DNA from: a virus
Direction: 5' to 3' (one strand)
Virus record (IMG/VR): IMGVR_UViG_3300032331_001766
Span: 1 to 64,000 of that record
DNA length: 64,000 nt
Under the pieces are notes generated by a model. It was not told where the DNA came from, did not search any database, and saw only the letters and a list, made by a program, of their open reading frames with translations. The position numbers were made by a program, and so were the translations under genes. Of this stretch, positions 18,249 to 25,752 are shown piece by piece; the stretch's first letter is position 1; every line of letters begins with the position of its first letter.

Positions 18249-18665
18249 TTAGAGGTACTTAGCAATCTGCTTCATTGTAGAAGCATTTACTGTTTCCTCA
18301 TCTGTCATCTTGAGAATTGTGAGAGCATTTGTGATGTCCTCTTTCATCTCACGATAAGTGTGCTGATGAATAACCTCAAAATCCTTTTCAGGTTCTTTTG
18401 GAAGGTCTGACTCATTAACTGTTAAGTCATAGTCAATGTTAAGTGTTTTGTTCCAAGAGCGGTAGTTGGTACGGAAGTTTTCTGCCTTCTTGATGTTAGC
18501 AACTGCAAAATCGCTAACTTCTTTTTGCCAAGCCTTGCGAGCCTTCTCGTACTTTGCTTCGTTTGCTTCTTGTGAGGTATAGTCTTTTTCTAGTTGTGCT
18601 AGACGAGTTTCTAGTGCCTTGATAACCTTTGGTGTTGCCACCTTTACTGTAATTGCTCTGCTCAT
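18249..18665 (-). CDS. coiled-coil hypothetical protein
   Basis: AACCAACGAAAGG leader, TGTCAG promoter; start MSRAIT. Confidence 0.8.
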   Translation of the reverse strand: MSRAITVKVATPKVIKALETRLAQLEKDYTSQEANEAKYEKARKAWQKEVSDFAVANIKKAENFRTNYRSWNKTLNIDYDLTVNESDLPKEPEKDFEVIHQHTYREMKEDITNALTILKMTDEETVNASTMKQIAKYL

Positions 18666-18799
18666 TTGTTGCCTTTCGTTGGTTGGTTGTTTGAGTAGTA
18701 TAACATAGGGGTCTGACAAGTCCCCGTAGGGAGAGAGTTCTTACTTACGACATTGGACGAGAACACTCTCTAAAACTGTCCCTGTTTCGTTCTAGTTAA

Positions 18800-18976
18800 T
18801 TAAACTAGGGCTTCGTTGCTAACTGTTGTCCAACGAGTTTCCTTTGTTGGCATTTCTAGCAACACACGCACCGAGCCAGATGCGTTAGGAATAATCTCCT
18901 TGATTACTCCTGTCTTTTTTGACTTTAGGGTGGTGAATAAATCGCCGACCTTGTAAGTGTATCCATTTACTGTCAT
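18800..18976 (-). CDS. 58-aa SH3-like microprotein
   Basis: YKVGDLF...GVIKEI; GAAAGGA RBS and own promoter. Confidence 0.65.
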   Translation of the reverse strand: MTVNGYTYKVGDLFTTLKSKKTGVIKEIIPNASGSVRVLLEMPTKETRWTTVSNEALV

Positions 18977-19092
18977 TTTGCTTCCTTTCTTGTTAGGGTC
19001 TTATTATAGCAAAGGGGTCTGACATTTTCTACCCCAATCTCATTATGCGAGATACCAAGCGTGTGAGTTATCTCACACGCCTAGTTTTGATC

Positions 19093-19362
19093 TCAGTATT
19101 CGCTCTCAGGTAGCCAAGCGTCTAGGTGGTGTTGTTCAATAATAGCGGAGGCGGGTGCAAACTTTTCTCCACGATACGATACGCCTTCAGGCATTTCGAT
19201 TAGTTTATTATAGTCCTCCTCATAGTATGCGTCAATAGCATCTATGCAAGGTTGCACCATAGAAAGTGGAACGGGTGGATAGTGATTACCCTGTAAGTGA
19301 TAACCTAGTGCAACCTCTAAGTCTAATTCATTAGCAAGGTCAAGCGCAGTGTTGTATCCCAT
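19093..19362 (-). CDS. hypothetical protein (HLQGNHYPPVP)
   Basis: GGAG RBS, coupled. Confidence 0.75.
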   Translation of the reverse strand: MGYNTALDLANELDLEVALGYHLQGNHYPPVPLSMVQPCIDAIDAYYEEDYNKLIEMPEGVSYRGEKFAPASAIIEQHHLDAWLPESEY

Positions 19363-19577
19363 TAGTTATTATCTCCAAACTTTACAATAGCCCAAGTGTT
19401 ATTTTCATTTACTTTATCAAGCGCACCAATTTGTGACATAGTACCAATAAAGCAATCACGAAGTAATGCTTCCATTTGTGCCTCATCAAGATTTACAAGA
19501 CGAGCCAATAATGAAGGTGGCATAAGGTGTTCGTTAATCTCTGTAACAAGATTAATTGTGTGGTTAAGTGTTATCAT
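19362..19577 (-). CDS. hypothetical protein
   Basis: CAACGAAAGG RBS, own promoter. Confidence 0.75.
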   Translation of the reverse strand: MITLNHTINLVTEINEHLMPPSLLARLVNLDEAQMEALLRDCFIGTMSQIGALDKVNENNTWAIVKFGDNN

Positions 19578-19689
19578 TTATTACCTTTCGTTGTTGGAAT
19601 AAGAGTATTTTACCATTAGCCACTGACATTACCTAATCCATCCTCGGCGTGTCGCAGCTTTTGTGAGAATGATCACAATTTTCTAGGGG

Positions 19690-19721
19690 TTTTCCACAAG
19701 TACCCGTAAGCCTGTGGATAA
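19690..19721. promoter_or_regulatory. inverted DnaA-box pair
   Basis: TTTTCCACA-N14-TGTGGATAA. Confidence 0.7.
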
Positions 19722-19958
19722 CCCCCCATATATGCGGGCTGTCAGCTACTTTGTCAAATCATTTTGATTTTACATAAAGATAAATAGCAAATACAAATGG
19801 AGACACAAGGCCACCAATTAATAAAATAGATATAACCGCTGCAACAAAATCAACCATGATCAAAATCTTTTTTATGTTTTGTTTTACGTGAATATTTTTT
19901 CTTATTGCGAACAGGAGTTGCGGCGTTAGATCTCCGCAATTCCTGAATGCGTTTAACT

Positions 19959-20150
19959 TTATTTAGTAGAGAGTTTTGGAACATGGTAACCACACGCCTC
20001 ATGAAACTTATTTACATCAAAGCGCTCATTTTCTTTTGCAAACATCATCGCAAAATCATTTACCATTTTAGAAAATAAAGCAGGGTGCGTTTTATCGCTG
20101 GCAAACTTTAAGATTTCTGCAGTTGCTTCGAAATGTTTTCTTGTCATCAT
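19959..20150 (-). CDS. hypothetical protein (MTRKHF...NxRFD..KF..AC type)
   Basis: GAAAGG RBS; recurrent phage early-protein pattern. Confidence 0.75.
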   Translation of the reverse strand: MMTRKHFEATAEILKFASDKTHPALFSKMVNDFAMMFAKENERFDVNKFHEACGYHVPKLSTK

Positions 20151-20368
20151 TTAGTTATTACCTTTCGTCCTTCACGATAAAAAATGCGTGTATAGCATTT
20201 GCCTGTTGGCGTGTAGAGATTAACAGTTGAATACTCATCTGCAAAGCCCCAGTCAATAAACTTAGAAAACTCGGTGTGCGCTTCTAACTCATCTGCGTAT
20301 TCTTTTGACCAATGCGGAGCATTTTCATCATACGCCAAAGTTACTTTATGCATTATTATCTTCCTCAT
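20147..20368 (-). CDS. hypothetical protein
   Basis: ORF; start uncertain (MHKVTL likely). Confidence 0.65.
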   Translation of the reverse strand: MRKIIMHKVTLAYDENAPHWSKEYADELEAHTEFSKFIDWGFADEYSTVNLYTPTGKCYTRIFYREGRKVITK

Positions 20369-20497
20369 CTGTTACACAATCGCAAGGCTCTACATCATAA
20401 TTATTTTCGTCTCCGAAAAAAACAAATCCTGCGCCACCGCATTCATCGCAATCTATTGCGAGAATGTTAGTTAATTCATCTAGAATGTTTCCCATTA

Positions 20498-20704
20498 TTA
20501 TTCACCAACCTTTACTGCGATTGTTGCGAATTTATTTCGCAAGCCACCTGTACGAATTTCGATTGTGTAGGCTTCAGTTTTGTCGCCATACCAAATTGCT
20601 GGACGAGGTTCAGCAGAAACAATTTCGCCTGAAAAGTGGCGAGAGTTTGAGCGGTAAGTCTTGCCGATTAGCAAGTTTTCGATTGTGTATAGTTTAGTTG
20701 CCAT
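20498..20704 (-). CDS. hypothetical protein
   Basis: Start MATKLYT after CAACGAAAGAGGG, own promoter. Confidence 0.7.
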   Translation of the reverse strand: MATKLYTIENLLIGKTYRSNSRHFSGEIVSAEPRPAIWYGDKTEAYTIEIRTGGLRNKFATIAVKVGE

Positions 20705-21034
20705 TAGTGGCACCCTCTTTCGTTGTTGTTGAAGTTGTAATTGTAGCAGAGAGGACTGACAAAGCCTCGGATTTGGATTGCTGGCGTGTTGCAAGTACAT
20801 GAGCCTTGAATTCGTCTAGATTCATTTGACTTCCTTTCGTTTGGTTATACCCGCAATTATAGCCGAAACCACTGACATAAACTAATTACTAGCCAGTAAT
20901 TCCAAATATTGAGACGCTCAAGCCGTGTGATAAATCTCACAAAATTCCAGGGGTTTTTATAACAAACACGTAACGACACGCCCGACCCCGCACATGTGCG
21001 GGGGTGTCGCCCTGTATGTCAAGGCGACACGCCG

Positions 21035-21229
21035 TTATTCTTCTTCTATCTCCGCTAAATAATCTTCATGCTCTACTAGACCTATAGCAAACGCTACGGG
21101 ATCACAGCATTCTAGTATCTCGGCGGGGGTAAATGTAGAGTAGCCTATCTTTACAGTAGGATAAACATCATTTAGTAAGTCTATAAAGCTTTCTTTTATT
21201 TCTATGTCTCGCTCTAGTTGTGATTTCAT
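21035..21229 (-). CDS. hypothetical protein
   Basis: Start MKSQLERD. Confidence 0.65.
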   Translation of the reverse strand: MKSQLERDIEIKESFIDLLNDVYPTVKIGYSTFTPAEILECCDPVAFAIGLVEHEDYLAEIEEE

Positions 21230-21479
21230 TTCGTTAGTTCTTTCCAATCTTCTTTCATCATGTGCCACATCATGCGCCCCATGTATAGGGCGGGTACTAG
21301 TAGGGCTAGTTGTACTAGTGTAGTTAGTAAGCGGTTCATTACTTATTCTTCTTTCTCTTGATTACTTTATAGAGTGTAACACCTAGCACCGACAAGATAA
21401 TAAACGCCCATGATAGGGATAGGTAGATAAAGTTTCCCATGTCGAACATGAAGCCGTATTCATTTAGTTCGATAGTCAT

Positions 21480-21686
21480 TTACTTATCTCCAAACATAGA
21501 GAATACCTCATCTAGTTGCTCATCTGTTAGGTGGTCTAGTTCGATAGCCTTAGAGAAGCCGAATACATCTCCCTCATCTTCTGCCTCTACCTCTACCTCA
21601 TCTAGGTATGTGTATTGGTCTTTTACATCTTCTTGAATAGTGTCCCACTTAGACACGCTATTAGTCTCGTATGAGTATGCGTACAT
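21480..21686 (-). CDS. acidic hypothetical protein
   Basis: GAAAGG RBS, coupled. Confidence 0.7.
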   Translation of the reverse strand: MYAYSYETNSVSKWDTIQEDVKDQYTYLDEVEVEAEDEGDVFGFSKAIELDHLTDEQLDEVFSMFGDK

Positions 21687-21838
21687 TAGTTCTGTTCTAC
21701 CTTTCTCATGTGTGCAACAACATTCTTAGAAACCTTTTGTAGGTCTGCTACTACCTTATTCATCTCGTCTGCGCTATTAGCGGTGAAGCCTGCGCCTAGT
21801 AGTTGTGCGCCGTCCCATAGTGAGTATGTTATAGTCAT
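21686..21838 (-). CDS. small hypothetical protein
   Basis: Start MTITYSLW downstream of promoter. Confidence 0.65.
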   Translation of the reverse strand: MTITYSLWDGAQLLGAGFTANSADEMNKVVADLQKVSKNVVAHMRKVEQN

Positions 21839-21937
21839 TTCGTTATCTCTTTCGTTAGTTGGTATAGTTGGAATTGTAGCGGATAGGCAAGACATTAGCA
21901 AGGCGACACGCCGTAGGCTAGTGTGAGGTGTATCACA

Positions 21938-22096
21938 CTAGGGCTTAGTGTAGTACTTACCTTGCGGACAATGTGTGTCGAATTGACCTCCACACATTAC
22001 ACATCGTGTCCATGCGGTAAGCCCTCCGCATGTATCGCAAGCGGTTAGCGGGAAGGCAGAGCCTAGGCTATTTCTATTTTCATACAATGAGTTCAT
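21938..22096 (-). CDS. 52-aa CxxC...CxxC microprotein; first gene of leftward block
   Basis: AAGGAG RBS; CDTC/CVMC. Confidence 0.6.
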   Translation of the reverse strand: MNSLYENRNSLGSAFPLTACDTCGGLTAWTRCVMCGGQFDTHCPQGKYYTKP

Positions 22097-22341
22097 CTTG
22101 AACTCCTTTCTTTATCTTATGTCTTAAGACTACATGAGGGGTCTGACAAAAAGCAACTCAAGAAACGGACATTAGAGACATTTCAAAATAAATCTTTGTG
22201 ATACTAGTCACACACACGCTCATTATGGGCGGACTATCCAAAAACTAAGACCCCTATAAATGTATGTATCATACAAAAGAAAAATATATTAACATTTTAT
22301 AAAATCTTGAAAAGCAGTTGACTATAATGTACAATGATCAA

Positions 22342-22446
22342 ATGAGAATAGTAATTTGCGAAAAATGCGGGGAAGAAATAGAATCCAGATCAGCTTTTGC
22401 ACATATGACTTTATCAAATCATAAAAAAGTTTGTCAAAAGTCTTGA
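22342..22446 (+). CDS. 34-aa C2HC zinc-finger microprotein
   Basis: CEKC...H...HxxxC; leaderless after TACAAT. Confidence 0.55.
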   Translation: MRIVICEKCGEEIESRSAFAHMTLSNHKKVCQKS

Positions 22447-22647
22447 CCAAAGAAAATTCCTAATGTTATACTTCTATAGGGGGGTCGGGGGGTCAAGAAA
22501 ATCAATATTTAATAATATTAAATATATTATATATATAAGAGAAATAAAGGATATGAAAACAATAGTCTCAATTGTGATTGTAACAATAATGACATTTATC
22601 CTTGGCATAGCATACTATATACAGCAAGCTATATCCAGATAACATCT

Positions 22648-22722
22648 GGGGATATAGCTTAATCTGGTTAAAGCATTTGTCTTATATACAAACGACTGTG
22701 GGTTCAAATCCCACTATCCCTA
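22648..22722 (+). tRNA. tRNA-Ile(TAT)
   Basis: GGGGATA/TATCCCT acceptor, TTTGT-CTTATAT-ACAAA anticodon arm, GTGGG-TTCAAAT-CCCAC T-arm, discriminator A. Confidence 0.88.
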
Positions 22723-22749
22723 CTAATCAAAATATTGTATAATAAACAT

Positions 22750-23292
22750 ATGGAACAATTAATTCAAGAATTTAAGGCTGCTATGGCAGATCCTACAGTC
22801 AATCATAAAATTTTTAAGAAAGCTTTGGTTCAAACACCTAGCTGGCAGAATATGATGGATTATATTGAATTTTCAAAAACGGCGGGAAACTATAGATCTG
22901 ATTATGAAGGATTTTATATCTTGCACTGTGGAGAAGATCACGATATATCTCATTTTAATGGTGCAGCAGAATTTCTTAAAGTTATGGGTGCTGTATATGG
23001 AGAAGAAAATCCATCACAGGGATGCTTTACTTTTGTAATCTCTGAAAATTACAGAGCTATGACAGATAAAAGTGGAATTATGAGACATACTGACACTACT
23101 GATACAATTCACTGGACAACAGTAGGAGCTACTATTTGGACGTTATATCAGGATGGTCAAGCTCATGAATATTTGGTGGAACCTGGGGATATTGTCTATA
23201 TTCAATATGGAACAGAGCATGGAGTAGAATCTTTAACACCTAGAGCAGGAATTGTTTATTCAGGTGGAGAATATCATCCTAATAAGGATTGA
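22750..23292 (+). CDS. JmjC/cupin-like oxygenase
   Basis: HTD, GxTxW, VEPGDIVYI..G..HGV; leaderless after TATAAT. Confidence 0.8.
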   Translation: MEQLIQEFKAAMADPTVNHKIFKKALVQTPSWQNMMDYIEFSKTAGNYRSDYEGFYILHCGEDHDISHFNGAAEFLKVMGAVYGEENPSQGCFTFVISENYRAMTDKSGIMRHTDTTDTIHWTTVGATIWTLYQDGQAHEYLVEPGDIVYIQYGTEHGVESLTPRAGIVYSGGEYHPNKD

Positions 23293-23448
23293 TATAATTG
23301 TAGTCGACTAGGATATATATGAAGAATATAAAAATAATAGGAGTATTGCTGGCAACAGCAATCGCAACTGGATATTTATTAAATGAAATTTTAAAAAAGG
23401 CGGGACTAGAAGACTCTTTCGATTTTGATCTATTTGGAGAAGATATAG

Positions 23449-24057
23449 ATGTCGATCAAGAGTAAAGCCATATACCTAGAACCAGGTATATTCTATGTAG
23501 AAGACTTCCTTGATCCAGAAGAATTAAAGGCATTGCAGGAATTTTGTACTAAATCGGACAAATGGGATTCTGTTCTTGGATGGGGATCTGAATCTCTATG
23601 GCAAGACAATACTAGACATACAGCAGGAGATCAAAAAGCTACAAATGCTGTATATAAGATTAACCTAGCTATGGCTGAATTGGTAAACTCTGATAAAGCA
23701 GAACTTAGACCTAACTATACTGTAAATCGCTTTAGGCCTATTTCGAACCCGCCCATCGAAGGTTCTACATTCTGGGATGACGATGAATGGTCAATGGGGC
23801 CACACTGGGATTCAGATTATGGTCCATTAGATGCTCTATCTACAATTGAGCATGGCGTCCTATTTTATATAAATGACAATTATGAGGGTGGAGAAGTCGT
23901 ATATACCAAAAAGGGTATTACATTTAAGCCAAAGGCTAATACGATTCTAGTTCATGGTGGATCCGAAGAATACACCCATGGTGTTCGTAAGGTTACATCT
24001 GGAGAAAGATATACTCTCTCTACTTTCGCATTCACTCCAGGAAGTATTTATCTGTGA
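23449..24057 (+). CDS. 2OG-Fe(II) oxygenase
   Basis: HWD, YINDNYEGGE, HGV..V.SGERY. Confidence 0.9.
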   Translation: MSIKSKAIYLEPGIFYVEDFLDPEELKALQEFCTKSDKWDSVLGWGSESLWQDNTRHTAGDQKATNAVYKINLAMAELVNSDKAELRPNYTVNRFRPISNPPIEGSTFWDDDEWSMGPHWDSDYGPLDALSTIEHGVLFYINDNYEGGEVVYTKKGITFKPKANTILVHGGSEEYTHGVRKVTSGERYTLSTFAFTPGSIYL

Positions 24058-24347
24058 ATAAGTCTATCATCCATGAATTGGTAATAAGATTTAAGGAAGC
24101 TAGATATAAAGAATGTAATTACTATATGGCTGATACTTTACTGGCTACCGCCGCCCTAGAATGGGCCGTAGAACGGCTACAAGGGCGTTTAGCCAAATGT
24201 TTGAATGCTGACAAGGGGTATTGTGACATCTGGTACTTAGAAAGCCACTCAGACTGTAAATTGCTAATGGAAATGTTACACGAATTAACTGGCGAAGACA
24301 GATATGTAACTGAAATTATTATAAATTTTGCAGATCCTGAATTTTAA
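24054..24347 (+). CDS. hypothetical protein
   Basis: GTGA overlap with upstream gene. Confidence 0.6.
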   Translation: MNKSIIHELVIRFKEARYKECNYYMADTLLATAALEWAVERLQGRLAKCLNADKGYCDIWYLESHSDCKLLMEMLHELTGEDRYVTEIIINFADPEF

Positions 24348-24385
24348 TTGGTTCTTCTACCGACGGCGCACTTTTTTCGCACTAT

Positions 24386-24937
24386 TTATGGTAATGCCCA
24401 TTCAGAATGATGATATAGCCAATCAATGAATGAGTATTTTATCCCAGCAGTTACTGGTTCTGAAATGTATCTTTCATAATCTTTTATAGGCAAAAGATAT
24501 AATGTATTTTTTTCTATATTAAGAGTATTATATTTTTCAGCTTCATTTACTTTATAGCATCTAATATTTCCGCCTTCATAATCTCCAAAATAATAAATAA
24601 CAAGATAATCTGCAACATTCCAATCACTCCAGCCAAACTCATTCCCAGGATGTTCAACTTTCATTCTGTTTATTGTTTTATGTTCATTTGGCCAATATGT
24701 TGGTATTACGTAGTCTATTAATTTTTGAGAAATTGATAGTGTAGTTGTTATATTTGTACTTATCCTTCCAGACTCGTAGTCTTCAGTTGGGTGCGTGTCC
24801 CATTCTTTTTCTGGAAGATTTTCAACATCATGCAAAAGCTGAGTATATTCAAAATCAGTTAAAAAATTTTTTTTAATATAAATTGCATTTTCAATTTTTA
24901 AAAAATTTTCATTATTTTCTAATAAACGTTTTTCCAT
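24386..24937 (-). CDS. degenerate 2OG-Fe(II) oxygenase-like protein
   Basis: YFGDYEGG and PVTAGIKYS retained; HxD and distal His not evident. Confidence 0.7.
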   Translation of the reverse strand: MEKRLLENNENFLKIENAIYIKKNFLTDFEYTQLLHDVENLPEKEWDTHPTEDYESGRISTNITTTLSISQKLIDYVIPTYWPNEHKTINRMKVEHPGNEFGWSDWNVADYLVIYYFGDYEGGNIRCYKVNEAEKYNTLNIEKNTLYLLPIKDYERYISEPVTAGIKYSFIDWLYHHSEWALP

Positions 24938-25506
24938 TAAATGATTATACTATCTTTTAAAGCATTTTTAACTAAAAATGTAGTATAAGTATATCTTACA
25001 CCTTCTATTATTTTTTTCACTCCATGATCAATCATTGCATGATGAATTACTAGATCTCCAGCAACTGGCTTATATTCTAAATTTAGATCTGGATAATATA
25101 TTTCTCCACCATTAAAACAATCGTTTAAATAAAGCACTACTCCATACTCTGTAATAGCACAGGTTCCAAAATCATCATTTGCTGTTACTTCATCATCTCC
25201 ACAGCTGTCTGTGTGGACATGCATTTCATCACCTGGGAACATCCTTGTAAAGGATAGGCTAGGAGTAGGAGTATGTGTATCTTTAACTAGCTCATTAACT
25301 TTTTCTAGGATAGGCTTTGCTTCGTCTACAAATATTGTAGTTTTGCCGTTATACCACTCAATAGGGTTAACAGTTGTTGTCCAAACTTCATGGGGGTAAT
25401 TCATACATTTTTCATGTAGGCCTTTGGCTTCTTCTTTAGAGATAAAATTTTTATACAAAAAGATATCTTCTGCAAGCTTTATAACTCCTGAATACTCTTT
25501 AAACAT
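24937..25506 (-). CDS. 2OG-Fe(II) oxygenase
   Basis: HTD, YLNDCFNGGE, HGV..EGVRY. Confidence 0.9.
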   Translation of the reverse strand: MFKEYSGVIKLAEDIFLYKNFISKEEAKGLHEKCMNYPHEVWTTTVNPIEWYNGKTTIFVDEAKPILEKVNELVKDTHTPTPSLSFTRMFPGDEMHVHTDSCGDDEVTANDDFGTCAITEYGVVLYLNDCFNGGEIYYPDLNLEYKPVAGDLVIHHAMIDHGVKKIIEGVRYTYTTFLVKNALKDSIII

Positions 25507-25651
25507 TTTTACGCTTCCATATCTTTTTAATTAAATTTTCAAATTTTTTTTCAATAGACTTTTCAACTTGACGACCAAAATTTTCTTCCTCATAATGTTT
25601 TGTTTTAAAATAAGGATTGTTCATTTGTTTAGAAAAGTATCTTGGGCTCAT
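25499..25651 (-). CDS. 50-aa basic hypothetical (MSPRYFSKQM...)
   Basis: Leaderless after TGCTATAAT; hand-translated. Confidence 0.55.
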   Translation of the reverse strand: MSPRYFSKQMNNPYFKTKHYEEENFGRQVEKSIEKKFENLIKKIWKRKNV

Positions 25652-25663
25652 ATATCTATTATA

Positions 25664-25752
25664 GCAAAAAACCCAACCAGAGGCGGATCCGATTGGGTTT
25701 TGCTGCTCATAAGAGCGATATACAGGGAGTAATTGCTTACTTCAACCTATAC
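25664..25752 (-). ncRNA. candidate ~90-nt small RNA with own promoter and terminator
   Basis: TTGACT-17-TATACT (25787-25759), nested hairpin with GCAA loop, terminator 25664-25703, no ORF. Confidence 0.5.

Larger units (their letters stand above)
11196..21003. repeat. 8-copy dispersed element GGG-N15-17-CGTAA-N12-13-CC(C)
   Basis: CGTAA cores at 11215, 11264, 12049, 14706, 16552, 17856, 19705, 20969. Confidence 0.7.
12987..22148 (-). promoter_or_regulatory. 13 dispersed TGTCAG-N10-TAnnnT promoters (PafBC/RecA-NDp type)
   Basis: 22-bp elements starting (+ coords) 12987, 13859, 14595, 16314, 16494, 17753, 18697, 19003, 19607, 20740, 20856, 21873 (TGTCTT variant), 22127; spacer exactly 10 in all. 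Confidence 0.85.
14663..22212. promoter_or_regulatory. 8 CRP/GlxR-type sites TGTGA-N6-TCACA
   Basis: Perfect at 16364, 17813, 19062, 19662, 20926, 21922, 22197; one mismatch at 14663. Confidence 0.8.

Noticed and set aside
18708-22147. GGGGTCTGAC copies identical to the start of the Tn3 inverted repeat
   Set aside because: All are in the same orientation, similarity stops after 10 bp, there is no transposase, and they are explained as the reverse complement of the TGTCAG promoter element.
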